Source: Tubiluchus corallicola
Lineage: Eukaryota; Animalia; Priapulida
Assembly: GCA_030141605.1 (NCBI GenBank)
Contig: JAQGDQ010000061.1
Span: forward strand, 124,001 to 188,000
Reading direction: 5' to 3'
Length of the DNA: 64,000 nt
Notes under the pieces: model-generated
Told to the model about the DNA's origin: nothing
Seen by the model: only the letters and a program-made list of their open reading frames with translations
Database searches by the model: none
Part shown: in pieces, positions 1 through 13,374 of the stretch
How the letters are laid out: every line of letters starts with the position of its first letter
Position numbering within the stretch: position 1 is the first letter of the stretch
Position numbers and translations under genes: made by a program

Positions 1-166
1 ATTCTTCAATTTGTTACTCATGTGTGTGTGTGCGTGGGGGCGAGGGTGCGTGTGTGTGTAAATTATACCATAATGATGTGAGTTAACTAAAGATGGCGAA
101 CAGAGTTAAGCCAGGTAAACACATATTTGGCTAAAGCAACAGGCCGGCAGCAATAAGTCACACTAA

Positions 167-618
167 CAAGGCTGTGGAGTCAAAGTCCGAGTGGGTGTCA
201 GCACTAAATTTACTGTTAAAGGAGCCAGAGTTGGAGTTGTTAAAACTTAGGGTTTTGGAGTCGGGACTCGGAACTCGCGAGTACACTTATTGTTCGAGGA
301 GTCAGTAAATAATAGACAAACTGAAACTCCAGTTACTTTGAACTTTTGACGCACTTATGCATAACGTCCCATTTTGGGACGCTTTCGTATTGGTATCTAA
401 GTAACTAGACTGTTTTTCAAGCATAAGAAGTAGTGATGAAATGCCACTGTAGCTAAAGACTACTAAGAATACTACAAACTATTACTTAAAGGCAGGAGTC
501 AGAGTTGAGGTCGGGAGTTGGGCTCCTAAAATTTTAGAAGTCAGAGTCGGAGATGGATCTAAAATTGTAGGAGTCGGAGTCAGAGCCAGGAGTTTAACGT
601 ACCGACTGCACAGCCCTA
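167..618. mobile_element. Non-autonomous hAT-type MITE with internal GGAGTC(G/A) repeats
   Basis: Imperfect TIRs caaggctgtggagtc (167) and ccgactgcacagcccta (ending 618). Flanked by an 8-bp near-identical TSD, cacactaa (159-166) / cacactga (619-626). Subterminal ggagtc repeats. An 8-bp TSD is characteristic of hAT elements. Confidence 0.75.
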
Positions 619-1022
619 CACACTGAGGATGATTTATCACATCCTCAACACCACAGGCAGCATAGAATGGAGTTAGGTCACCAGTCTCACTACTTACTAC
701 ATACCAGTTTCATACAGTGCAAAGGGCTGAATGCTAATAAATAGTAAAAAAAAACTGCAAAGAGCAATTCTTTTTCATATGATAGCATGCTAACGCACTA
801 ATAATTCTGTTATACATCTTCAACTCACTTACTTTATATACTGCCACAAGGCCCACTAGAAAACTTAAATAAAAATGCCTGAGAGTTACACAAATTTAGA
901 TTGAGTTATGTTGGTAAGCACAAGAAAACTTATGTAAAGAGATTTAAAATATAATTTTGTATCTCAATCCGTACAATTAGATTATCTTTTGTCAGGCCTA
1001 AACGAATTACATTCTTGCCTAC

Positions 1023-1308
1023 CGTGTATCTTTTATCTTTTGCCCACGTCTCTGTATTAGATATGCTGACAGTGGTACCATGACGAGGCCCGCTGTCGCC
1101 ATTCATTGAAGCTTCCGTCGGCGAATGGGTGACGCCGTTTTTGGAGGAATGATGGTGATGCTTTTTACTCGCTGCCTTCATTGTCGTATCGTTAACGTGG
1201 GAACGACCTCTGCTCGGGATCGTTACCGGATGCCGGTTATCATAGAGACGAATTTTCTTGCTAGTTGCCCGGTTGAACAACTTTTGAGCAGTCGTCTGGA
1301 CAACAGAC
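1023..1308 (-). CDS. Probable exon of an unidentified minus-strand gene continuing off the left edge
   Basis: Acceptor tttttgttacag| at 1309 and donor acg|GTAGGC at 1022. One frame is open across all 286 nt (SVVQTTAQKLFNR...MKAASKKHHHHSSKNG...WAKDKRYT). GC content is higher than in the flanks. Possible ATG at 1181. No family recognised. Confidence 0.5.
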
Positions 1309-1445
1309 CTGTAACAAAAATTGTCTTATTAATATAAAACTGAAAAACGCGTTACAAATCCTACAATATACGCAAGACACGTTCTGGTATGCAGCTGGTC
1401 AGCGCGGGGTCAACTTGTTAAGGTTATGCCACTAAATACCTGGCA

Positions 1446-1738
1446 TACTTAAGCTCGCCATGTTTATTCAAAAGACAGTCTGGTCGTGAACCTCGCATGA
1501 TAAACGTAAACAACATAACAAACGTCATCAGCACGAGTGCCTCCACAGCCGTATCGTTGGCCTGGGAACGAACCCTGCTTGTGGTCGCTACCGGCTGCCG
1601 GTTATCATTGTCCGGTTGAACAATTTCTGGACAGTTCGCCTGGGCATGCTTAAGCTCGCCATGTTTATCCAAAACACGGTCGAATAGTTACGAACCTCGC
1701 CTGATTTACGTAAACAACATAACAAACGTCATCAGCAC
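1446..1738. repeat. Local duplications: a ~90-bp direct repeat (1446-1535 / 1648-1738) enclosing a diverged copy (1539-1643) of the 1174-1298 exon segment
   Basis: cttaagctcgccatgtttat...aacaacataacaaacgtcatcagcac occurs twice. gcctccacagccgtatcgttgg...ccggttgaacaa aligns with gccttcattgtcgtatcgttaa...ccggttgaacaa, with a 22-nt indel. Confidence 0.8.
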
Positions 1739-2679
1739 ATGAGTGATGACGCGAACTTGTCTTTCCACATGAGTGACCGCGCAACAAGGAGCTCAGCTGA
1801 TTCACAACATGATTTTGGTTCAATGCGTTCTTTAATTCATAAATTCTCCTATAATTTAACAGCTTTTGGTAAAAAATCTTTTATTCTAGCGCGACAAATT
1901 CCATTCAACAAATATAAAGGTCACTCAAGCCTGCAGCTCAATTTTTGTACTGTTGCACTATACTTGAGATCCTCGACTACCTATGAGAGAAATATAGCCA
2001 GCAGAATCGTGAGAAAACAATAGAAGAATCAGACAAAATTTGTTTTAGTCACAAACTTCATACGTGATCTAAGTTGTACTATACTACCAAATATCACACG
2101 TGTAAGCTCAAACAGAAACCTCCACAAAAATTACAATTTCTCAAAGTTATTTCCAGAAGTGTTCGGCAAATACTTCGTTCTTAGAAACAATTCATTTACA
2201 AAACATCCGTCCGCATCTGGAACACTTAGTCGCCAAGCAAATCCGGTTTCAGTTTATCACAGTCACTTTAATACACAACAGATGATGAAAACAGATTAAC
2301 GAAAATTACCAGTACTTTTTCGCTATTTATACGATTAGATAACTGATTACAGTATTTCAAATCAAAAGCTTCACTTTCAAGGCAAGTTTCATGATCATTT
2401 CAAGCTGAGAATGATCTTAGCACAGGATTTTTGTATTGGGTTACTATTATCTCTGTCCTATGTTATTTCAGCCTTGTCTTTTCATTAACCACAAATTTAC
2501 AAAGCACACAAATTGTGAGCAAAACAATTCTATTTGTCGTTTTTTGCTCACAATTTGTAAGCTTTCAGAGAATGTAATATGCACCAGTGGCTTAAACCTG
2601 TAGCGGATACTATATTCTCTGACGCTCTATAAGTTCTAAAATAAATACATGGTTGTTCTATATTATAGTTGCATATGTA

Positions 2680-3255
2680 CAGGGTGGACGCAGAAAATAA
2701 GCCCTTTCTAACACGCATTAAAGTAGAAAATTTTTTCCCAATTTGAATATAAATTTAACAGAGTAAGTTAGAAATATCTTAGCACTTATCCACTAATTTT
2801 TGCCAAGTCCAAGAAAGTCCAAAAGTAAACATTTCATGCTTGATATTGTCATCAAACTCATAAAAATCAAAAACTAGATATTAATATGCCAGTATCTTTT
2901 GTCTTTATTGCATTGATATTGTCTTTATTTTATTAATATTAGTACGACTGTATTGTCAATAAAGCTATTGGTCAGTTGACTCAATTCAGTCCTCAACTGA
3001 GAAAAATAAATGATATGTCTGAACAGTTTTTATAGTGCAAGCAACAAAAAACTGAAAGAAAATGACACTTTTTGATTTTTTTCAGAGAATTTGAACTTTC
3101 TATTTAAACCTCATTAATATCTCAAAATTTCGCAATTTTTTATTTAAAACTTAATATCTGCATCTTTTTTCATGTTAAGAAGTTTTATTCCAATGCAGAG
3201 TTATAAAAATTTCAATGGATTTTTTAAAAGGGCTTACTTTTTTGTGTCCATCCGT
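2680..3255. mobile_element. Tc1/mariner-type MITE
   Basis: TA|cagggtggacgcagaaaataagcccttt ... aaagggcttacttttttgtgtccatccgt|TA gives ~28-bp imperfect TIRs with a TA target duplication. No coding capacity. Confidence 0.75.
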
Positions 3256-4400
3256 TACATAATCCACTTAATCGAACAGCCACCTATTTGAGCAGTTGAA
3301 TAAAAAAACTGTACATTACTTGATTTTATCTGGCGATGCTGCCGGCACGCAAATCATTTTCATAAGTCATATGCTCGTATACTTTTCACTACAATGTTCT
3401 TGGCTGTCTGTCTGAATCGCGGACGTAGAATTTACTTACTTGCAAGAGAGAAACTATTCAAGCGATCAAAGCCAGCCTTGGAGGCGACAAGAGTTTATCA
3501 CAGTTTAATATGCAGCGAGCAGGCGTAAACAGCCAGAGCCAGCGGAGAGAATGATTTATTGTACACAGTTTCACCTGAATAGTTCAGCAATTCTGAGAAA
3601 CCAATTATTTACAGATCTACAATATATTTAAATACTAATATGTGGATGGTTTTAAATTTGTGACATAGCGGTACTTGTTTGTTAATGACAACATTAACAA
3701 ATATAAATACTAGTTTTTTATGGATGGCAAAATATATTTATTTTACAGTAAATATAAATACCAACTTGGAGACATACTAGTAGACACAATGAAGGCTAAT
3801 TGCACAGAGTTTAAGCTCGAGGGAAACTATTGGACTGAATTTATATTTAGTAACAATAAAGCGAAGTGACCCTGTCCTCGGTCGTCTCAAATGTCGACAC
3901 GCGAAAGCAAAGTAGTGCGCTTTCAAAAAACCGGATTCTTTTCAAAGTGTTCATTATAAATTATAGATGTACTAGGACAGACAGCCACAGCAACTGTAAA
4001 TACTTGTAACACACTGGGTTGAGAAAAAAATCTAAGGTGAAATAGAAATAGATAATAATACAATTTATGATAGTTCGTTTGAATATTTAGCAGATAAATA
4101 ATGCTGCTGCTTTTACTGCTGCTGCTGTTCCTGTTGTTGTTGCCGTTGTTGCGATTGCATTAGCTGCTTTGTTGTTGTTTTCTTGCAGTAGCAACAGTGG
4201 CAAAGGCAACAATAAACAGAAACATCGGCAACTAACTGCAAGAACAGAATGAAGTTATATAAAGTCAAACGATTGTCAAGGCTAAAGACATCGATAAGAA
4301 TATTTGAAGACACGAACATTCGATTTCTAATCAATGGTTTAAGCAAACACAAGCTTACTCTGTAATACTCACAAGTATATTCAAACAAATCTAGACTTAG

Positions 4401-4548
4401 AAAGCTTACGAAATCTGGACAATTTCTAGGCTCAACAAATGGCTCACAAACTAACAGAAGCCATGGTGCTTTAAAAAGCTTACGAAATCTGGACAATTTC
4501 TGTGTTCAACAAATGGCTCACAAACTAACAGAAGCCAGGGTGCTTTAA
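4401..4548. repeat. 74-bp tandem duplication (2 copies)
   Basis: aaagcttacgaaatctggacaatttct...gaagcca(t/g)ggtgctttaa starts at 4401 and again at 4475. Confidence 0.85.
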
Positions 4549-4917
4549 TTATAAATGTTCAAAGTGAGGTAATTACACAAGCACGTAATTATTATGCATG
4601 TATATATACGTAGGTAAATTTTTAGCTTACTCGCTTGCGAATAACTCTATAAAACCGTTTATTTCGCCACAATATCGATCTGTCATGCAAAACTTGGACA
4701 TTTATTTATTTTAAGGCAAACAATACATACTAAAGTTTCACAAAAGCTGGAATTACTGATCATCAGTGTATGGTTGCGCTTGTCAATTCGTGAAGGTGTG
4801 TGGCAAGCGTAAACCAATGCTTCACACTCCGGATTAGCTTTACTGAAAGCTAAAAGTATCGGTGCAGAGATTCACCTAGCCTGGGGTTTCGCGTGACAAA
4901 TTCGTATCTTGTTTAAC

Positions 4918-4985
4918 TTGTTTAGCTTAGCGTGGGTAGAAGAACAAAATGCATAGGTCGCAGGTTCGAACCTAAATAAGACAAG
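4918..4985 (+). mobile_element. tRNA-derived SINE-like head or tRNA pseudogene
   Basis: A-box-like tagcttagcgtggg and B-box/T-loop aggtcgcaGGTTCGAACCt. No intact anticodon arm. Related B-box remnants at ~47590-47615 (+) and ~55280-55320 (-). Confidence 0.4.
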
Positions 4986-5855
4986 AATGTATTTTGGCTC
5001 GCCAAATTTTCTTTACTTACTTAGCGCTGAAAAATAAATTGGAATCTACCTTTGGAAAAGTGAAAACCTCAGTAAGCCTTTCCGATTTATTATATAACTT
5101 ATATAAAAGAAGTTGAGTGTTACTATTACAGCCCAGGGATTTCTATGTCTAAAATGATACAGTTGCAGACTAGACAATGTTAAATGCATTATGTTTAATA
5201 ATTAATCTGTTAAGCTGAAGAAGGATGTACTTTATATTTTTGCAGAATGCAGCTGGTTAATCATGTGGAGTTACTGTAGAGTACAGAACGATACTTCTGT
5301 CTGTCCTACTTAAACTAGCAGTTTTCATGCATTGATTGTCAAAACCACTTAAAACAAAATATGATCTATAAAACGCATAAAATCTCGACAGCATGATATA
5401 TTAATCGCCGGTTATAGTTTGTTTTACATCAACGCACAGATTTAGCGTGTGGTAATCGACACGGAACTTGCATTCCACGCAACACATTTTAATTGACCTC
5501 TATAATCGACATCGCTGTGGATGAACTGCGCATGCTCAGAACCGCTTTTCCCACAGATTACAGTTGCCATAAAAACAAGATCGCGAAATACTTAATACTT
5601 CGACAATAATGCTCACGTTCAACAGTTTATACAGTGCGCATATATTTTGTAGGTGAAAAATAAGAATACACAGTTTAAGGTAAGAAAAGTAACAAGAAAA
5701 GGAAATGACAGAAGAAAGAGAGAAAATATAAGAAAAGAAGAGACTCACCCCACAGTGGGAAATAGAAAAGAGGAGAGAGGGAAAAAGAAGACATGAAAGG
5801 AGAAGGATGGGGAAGAGAGAGGGAGAGAAAAGACAGGAAAGGAAAAGAAAGGGGA

Positions 5856-5927
5856 GACACACACACGCACACATACACCCACACACACAGAGGGGGAGGG
5901 AGAGAGTGAGAGACAGAGAGAGAAAGA

Positions 5928-5967
<40 letters not shown>

Positions 5968-5998
5968 GAGACAGACAGAGACAGACAGACAGACAGAC

Positions 5999-6080
<82 letters not shown>
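5856..6080. repeat. Compound microsatellite (CA)n/(GA)n/(GACA)n
   Basis: Directly visible. It explains the SLSL/RERE ORFs at 5536-6152. Confidence 0.95.
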
Positions 6081-6084
<4 letters not shown>

Positions 6085-9000
6085 GAAAACGGACATTTCT
6101 GTGTGTGCATCAGTGGTATTTGCACAGCATAATGAGAGGGCATGATAAGCATCGAATATTCATCGTGTTAGTATTGAACCGTCGGAAGACAGAAACATTT
6201 GAGTGTTTGTTTTAAGGCCGCAATTTCCACAGCAAGAATTTTTATTGCAGGTCACGGAAGCGCCGTTAAACAGTTTACAGCGTGCAGCAGACAACGACTT
6301 ACCCGTTTCTAGGGAACTATTTTTTTATGTTACCTAAATCCACAGAGTTTACAAATGCTGCGCAAGACTAAATAGCAAAATAATGTACAGTAAATTTTGA
6401 CAGACATGTGATTCTCGAAAAGGCGCTTATCAAAAACGAAAAGATCGCGCATAAACGAACAAAAAACACGAAAAATGTTAGAGTAAATCGCTATTTTCAA
6501 TTAATCAAAATAAATCTCATGGACCACGTGATTTCCGTAATTCTCCTTTAAATGACTGCAGCCGCAATGCGAGATTTGATTAATGATACGCAAAACAAAA
6601 GTACACAAAAAATGATATCTGCAACTTACTTAAAAGTGATCAGTACTTAAAACATTGACGTCTTCTGAACCTCAGTCAAGTTCTTCTGTCTGACCAGAAC
6701 GCAGCTTCTAGTCAATACGTCTTCAAATAACAAAATCACTTTACACTGAGCGTCTGTGACTGTGAGTGCCAGCTCTAATATCATGCAATAAATTACTTCA
6801 GTGCCACAAAGTCCATTCTGCTATTTACTCAAGATGATGACCTATCTGTGCTTTCCATTATATCCAAATGATGGACCTAATCCATTGCAGCTTGAAGGCT
6901 GTGATAAGCTGGATGAGCTGATTGTGCACGTGTATTATTCATTCTGAACTTCCAAATGCGCATAGAGGTACATTGGTACTGATGGAACAGAAACGACAGC
7001 AAGAGACTTGAGTATGTTCACAAATATGCAGCGAAAATGTGCAAAAACGTATCAGGTTAAAATAAGTAAGAATTAATTTAGCCTACAGGCTTATAAGTAA
7101 TGAAATAATGGCCTTTCAGTTGTTCAAAAATTAAGAATGAAAGACACTTATTCTTCACAAACAGGTACCTGTTACTTCCTTTTGCTTTCCACCCTTATAT
7201 ATCTATTCAGACTACTCTACATACTGTGCTGACCCATAATGCAGCGGATAAGGCTTGCCTGTGCCAATCAACGAACCTCAACCACTCGGGGATAGTTTAT
7301 ACATGCAGATTTCAAATGTACTTCATCTTCAGTGAAATCATTGTAGCTTCTTTAAAATATGTAAAAAGCCAAAACGACATACATAGATATAGCTTTCAGT
7401 TTTATAATTAAACCGACAAACAGGTACCAAAGATAAAGGAGGTACCAAAAATTGTGAAAAACAGAAGAGACGGTGTGAAGTTTAATCACTTTTGTGCACC
7501 GACTGTACCGCCCCGCTGTTCACACTAGTTAACCGTTTATCATTGTTGAGGGGAATGCGTTAATTTTAGCCCGTGACCGTTGATTTAAATTAATGAATGA
7601 AAAAATTACTTTATATTCGAAAAAATGGTCAACAAGCTTAATTAGCGGGTACGTTTATGACGTGTGTACACTTGCCTTTTATGTAAATAATTAATAGTGC
7701 TAAATACTAACTTACCCACTAAGGTGAATACTGTGAAACACACGCACAAATCAAACAGCGATAATGCTTATGATAATGATGATGATTGTTAACGGTAGTA
7801 CAACACGCACAGCAGGTAAACGATATAGCGTTACTAGAGGTCCCGTAAATTTCTAATATACGAAGTACAAAACTTGTGATTAAAATCCTGAAAACATAAT
7901 AATTTTATGACACTCGTAAAATCATTAAACTGCACACGTATAATCCATACAATTTTTCTATCTATTCACTAGTTCGTCAATCTCATCTCATTAAAGTCTT
8001 GGAACAATATCTTATGTCTTTGTGGGTTTACAGCCATAGAGAGTCTCACTAAAAATTTCATCCTTTGCACACATGCTACTAACAACAGAATATGGGTTAG
8101 TAGTTTTTTGTAGCTCAGTATTGCAGGAAAACTTCGCGGCAAGAATCAGATTTCCTCTGTTCTATTTATACAGGACCTCAGCATGATATCTGACCTATCC
8201 GCTGCGAGGTTATTTTTAAGCATAAGAGACCATTCATTACAGTCGCATAGGGCAAAGACTACAGGGTTGAGACAAGCCACCTACATCTATTTAACTGACG
8301 CCTAGAAGCCAGCTAAAATGAAACTAAGTTCAAACTGTTTAATATTGGCTGCAAGCATGACCTAGTGGTCTAGTGCAGTATTTTTTTGTCTCGCTCTTGA
8401 GATTGCACATATGTTATTTGTTATCCAAAGAATCGAATATTTCAAAGAAATTGAAGAATTAGACTAGAAAACATGTCGTTTTTAATGCATACCAATGGCC
8501 CAATAGCAGTCTTGCAACTCACATTTTGACAACTTTACTAAACTGTGGCAAGTCAACAAGTAATCATTTATGTTAGACATGTGGAGATTTAACCCATCTA
8601 ATGCTTGTTAGTCTCCACGAGCAAGAAATTTAGGAATTTTGGCCTGTAGAATATAATTGGAACAGCCCCCTGAAACAGAATGAGAACTCATACTTGTACA
8701 CCAAAATCTGAAGACTTTAGCAGCTTGTCCTAAAATCCTTTAAATAACTTGTTCTTCAAACATTATGAGATGCAGAGAAAGGCTTCACAAAATTTCAACA
8801 ACTGCACAAATTATTGAAAAGCTCACACAAATAAATTAGGTGAAATCTAATTTCAGAGTTGGCCTTTTAATGCACACAGAAAAGCATACCTCTCTTACAT
8901 GGAATCAATACAATTTCGCAGTCACCTCCACACTATTTAAAGGGCACAGTTTATAAACTTTGTGCGAAAAATGTTCTAAGTAATTACATCAAATGAAAGT

Positions 9001-9152
9001 GCATTTTGGGTGAAATTACAATGGGTGAAAATTTGTTCTGACAGCTTTTCATCTTGTGACTTCACCTATGGCTCTTTGAACAAAAAAAGAATGTTATTTC
9101 TAAACATATTTTTATTTAATCATAACCTTTGGTGTGCACTTATACATAATTG

Positions 9153-9239
9153 ATTAATAATACCTTAGGCTATGGGTTCCCAGGTGTTGCTTGGAAAGGG
9201 ATTAATAATACCTTAACAAATGGGTTTCCAGGTCTTGCC
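9153..9239. repeat. 48-bp tandem duplication (~2 copies)
   Basis: attaataataccttag/a...atgggtt(c/t)ccaggt(g/c)ttgc at 9153 and 9201. Confidence 0.7.
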
Positions 9240-10713
9240 CAGATATATTCCTACAGTAAATTTGGGATTATAGCTTCATCCATTTTAACCATTTTGATCT
9301 TATTGTGCGAGCAAACAAATGCACAGACAGTTGAAACTAAATACCCTATCCATGCATCAACTGGACAATGAAATATTTTGATCCCTTGCAATCCATCCAC
9401 AAAACAAAACCAGTTTTAGCTTATGTGCCTAATGAAATGGTAAAGAATTTAGCGTTTTCTTACAGCTTCACAAGAACTGTAGAAAAACACAGTACATTTC
9501 CTGTTAGCATTCACTATTGTTTGTAAACAAAGTCTTGCTCTTACCCATCTAATGTCAGATATGGGGGTATTTGTTCCCCAGTTCATAGAAACTTCAGGGA
9601 ACGCTCATAGGAATGTTCTCTTGTATCACAGTGCACAATATGGTATGAAAAGCCAGAACAAAAACTTTAACAAATTAATACATCATGTAACTATTTAAAA
9701 GCTGAGCTTCAATTCACACACACAAAATGTTCTATATATGGACTTCGGCTCAGGTTATTAAAGCTACAAACTAAAATTACAATTTTTTTCTAAACTTTTA
9801 AGCACAAAGAAACACCTTTCATAAATAAATCTTTAAACAATTAAAAATTTGTCTTTATATCACTTACATATTGTCTTATTAGATTCAGATCTTGCATTGA
9901 CAGTAATGCTGAGTAAAACTTGTAAATTTAAACTCCTGCAATAACTGTTAGGCTCAACCATTTTAAAGGCAAGTCATTTGCTACAAGTTTAAATAACAAC
10001 GTGTAAAGTTTGAAAAAATAATCATAGCATTGCTAGCACACTCTTCACTAAAGTTCTAACAAAAGTATAAATTACTTTATCTTGCCAATAGGATCAGTAA
10101 TGTGTTTTTTCATGAACAAGCGGTGCACGTTGAGAGCTGTTTTACAAGGTGGCGAGAATACTTTAAATTACTAAGAATTTTCTTGTCTAATTATACAAGT
10201 CTTTCAAACAGCTAAGTATAATGCTAAGAAATATAACTTTAACTTATGGAAAGTTTTTTGATATTTAATTCCCTTTTCTTCCTCTTTAAGTTCCCAATTT
10301 ATTAATACTGTAAGACAATTTTATACATAACTGGCAGTTGGTGCCAGTAAAAATTTCTATGCTGTTGCTCCTCACCATGATTTACATATCCTACTTGATC
10401 AAAATGTGTTTATGCGAACTTTTCAAGAGGGAGCAGAAGTTGCAAGTATTTTAAATATTAAATCAGTGGAATCCTTTTCACAAAATAATTACTTTTTAGG
10501 ACTGTTATATTTAGTAGTAGGCTAAAAACTACACCTTTTGGCAGCCTACTCATTTTTGCAAAATTGTTAAAACACCTCATTAAGAAAAATTATTAGACCT
10601 CATTAGACAAATCATATCACATTGTATTAGTCAGTCTTAAGGGTGACGATCGTGGGATGAGGGGCACCGTTAATCCAAGCTAAAGAGTCACAACTGAAAA
10701 TTAAAAGTAAAAA

Positions 10714-10843
10714 TGTCACAGAACAAAGTTACAGGAAGGAAAATCATAGGAAAAAAAGAAATAGCACCAACCCTAATTATAAGCAAATTTAACTGAGAAT
10801 TTTTTCCCTGTGACTTTTTTCTCGTAACTTTATTACTGGTCAC
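10714..10843. mobile_element. Short foldback/MITE-like inverted repeat
   Basis: aaagttacaggaaggaaaatcataggaaaaaa pairs imperfectly with tttttccctgtgacttttttctcgtaacttt. Confidence 0.4.
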
Positions 10844-11949
10844 TGGAAACCACAGACCCCAAAATTTTAACTGAGGAAGAAGGCGAAATATAAATACACC
10901 TACCCAAAATTTGACCGATTTAACTAATTCAAAGATCTTTTTTCTGGCGTCGGACAAATTTATCACTCTGTGTTAACTTTATTTGATAATTTCTAATTGA
11001 AAAGCATAGATGTTAGAATAATTATAATTTTTTGGCAAATTTTGTTCCGAAAATATTTGATTATGACTTAATATATCTGTAGACAATTCAATTCAATTAA
11101 TTTTCTTTTCTCCACAAAATGCAACAATTTCTGCATTATTCTATTAATTATAATAAAAAATTATGCAACGGAGAATGGGGGCAGCAAAGTGACCATTAGG
11201 TCAGCTGCCCCTATACCGATAATAACTTGTTGCAACAGATTACTTTATTTAGGGTATGAAGAGTTTACGTTTTGAAAAATAAGCCATAACAATAACAAAC
11301 AACAAGTCTCTGTATAATATTAATTATTATTAATAATAGACATAGTGCGGACTGATCTTGTGATTTTGTTAGTCTTCTCTCGTGTCAGACATACATTAAA
11401 CGCCTATATCACTAATATAGCCGTAATTTACTGTACGGTAAATAATAACAGCGACTAAAAGTAAAATTCTATTGATAACCCAGGGCACTTCCTACTATTA
11501 TTAGTACACTACAGTGCATGACTGCTACCATTTAATTTATAGTATACCATAGCTATTTCCGTACACTGAACGAAATATCTACATGTGTTATACGCATTTA
11601 CCTTACCGAAAGTGTTAATGTATTCTTTACTCTTTAATTCGACCTTTAAATGTAAACCATCTATACAGTCTTTTCACACAAATATTTGATAGTACCGGTA
11701 CGCCATACACCGAGTACAACTGTAAGCGCCCACTTAGTTGTGTTGGCAGTGTGCCAGACTGTTGCTAACGGAGCACGTGTGTCTTATTAAATTTTATTTA
11801 GATTCAGTTTGTTTACCTGCTACGCCAACGGTGCAATCAAAAATGTCAGACATGATCTCCAGACTTTTGCTGTAAGCTGTGAATTCTTTGATTTCTTGAA
11901 TGATCATTAAAAAAGTTCTTAATAAAACAAACAATAAAGACAGCTCTGA

Positions 11950-13374
11950 CTAAGAATTCTAAGACTTTGTAATCTCATGTACATAGACTCTGGACTACAT
12001 ATCAACTGTTGCCAAAGTCCACAAATGTTACATAACAGACCATTGTGGTCATGTCTGTACCTTATTGAAACATATTGAACAATTATCATTTTGATTATTA
12101 GTAATCAGAGTAGTTATTGAACGTTATTACCAGATAATCGTTTCACCTCTGCTTGGTACTTCGGGCAGGTTTTGCTTCTGGCCTCGTGGTCCCCTTTGCA
12201 ATTGGAGCACTTCTTTTCATTGGAATCACAGTCTGATGTATTGTGCTTGCCAGAGCAGATACCGCACACCACACTTGTGTTACACCATTTTGAGACGTGA
12301 CCAAAATTTTGGCAGTTGAAGCACCGTAGCGGTTTTGGCTTGGTGACAAATTGTTCTACACCACAAATTAGTTGACCGATGGCTATTCCTTTCCTTTTGG
12401 CTTCATTCAACATGTCCACACTACTGAATTTCACTTTTACGAGAGTCAATGGTTTACCACCTTTGAACTTAAAACGTTCTATAGCTGCATCGTAGTAATA
12501 AAATTGCTGGACGTCATACAGGATTTCATCCTCTGTCATGCTGGGACGACAGTCTCGTACTAGACCCCAGAATCTTAGGTTTTCTCGCATTCGTATTGTC
12601 ACCTGGAAAACATGGCTGCCATTTCGGAAGAATGTTGTTTGCTGTTTCTGTGTCTGGAAGTTGCATTTGGATTTTTCCAGTTGCCATCCTGAAAACTACT
12701 TCAAAACAAGTTCTAGGGAAATAGTGGCTAAGGTTCTTCTTTATAGACATGCTAGTCTTTGCAATGTTTTTATCGTTAACGTTCTCAATGAGTATTGTTC
12801 TGTCCGGGTCGTACGAATACGACACACTTTGCTGGTTGGTATTTCTCATGGTTTTCGCTGCAACTTGACCTAAGTTAAGTGATGCAGCATCTTGTATGAA
12901 CAATTCTGCGAACTCCAGAGTGCTACAAGTTCTCGATTTATATTCGTAATTTGGTTTTCCATGTTTGTGATATTGTTGATCACGAGTTCCTCTCGCGGAA
13001 GATCATCTTCGCTGTTGTTCAGCAGACGAATAATTTCTATCAACTTCTTGTTACTTTTCTCATGGTTTATCATGCTGCAGGCTATTTAAGCTAACGAATC
13101 CTTAGAATAACCCATTAATCGTCATTTGCTAAATTAGCTTTGCTGCTCCAACTTCTACGTGATATAGATTTTTTTGGTGAAACAACATCACTTTCAGTTT
13201 GAGCTTGTGTAGACAGGGGGTGACTGGAGTCTGAATGTATTGAATAGCATTTTCACAGGTAATTGCTATTACTTTTCTTTGCTTGACTAGCCCATTAGAT
13301 TTCCTGCAGAATTGGCAACTATTTCTGGTGTTTAGCATTGCACTTTACTGACTCGCGTCATTGGTACCTGGCAT
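11950..13374 (-). mobile_element. Decayed non-LTR retrotransposon: frameshifted gag-like ORF1 with three zinc knuckles, plus the start of a PHD-like ORF2
   Basis: ORF 12114-12602 ends in CFNCQNFGHVSKWC / CGICSGKHNTSDC / CSNCKGDHEARSKTC, the triple CCHC typical of LINE ORF1. Overlapping frameshifted pieces at 12526-12903, 12870-13073 and 13129-13338 (CQFC). A broken Cys-rich stretch (CSIC...LLCNICGLW) follows the ORF1 stop. No endonuclease or RT is retained. Confidence 0.8.

Noticed and set aside
833-855. ALWQYI(K) resemblance to the SWIB domain of BAF60/SMARCD
   Set aside because: The match is too short and the flanking exon has no SWIB similarity.
2511-2556. AATTGTGAGC lac-operator half-sites suggesting vector contamination
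   Set aside because: Only 10-bp matches with the wrong spacing and no other vector sequence.
4113-4496. 127-aa minus ORF ending in poly-Q
   Set aside because: It is made of a 74-bp tandem duplication and a CAG/CAA simple repeat, with no splice or homology support.
5536-6152. Long ORFs (up to 186 aa) on both strands
   Set aside because: They are translations of GA/GACA microsatellite and purine-rich low-complexity DNA.
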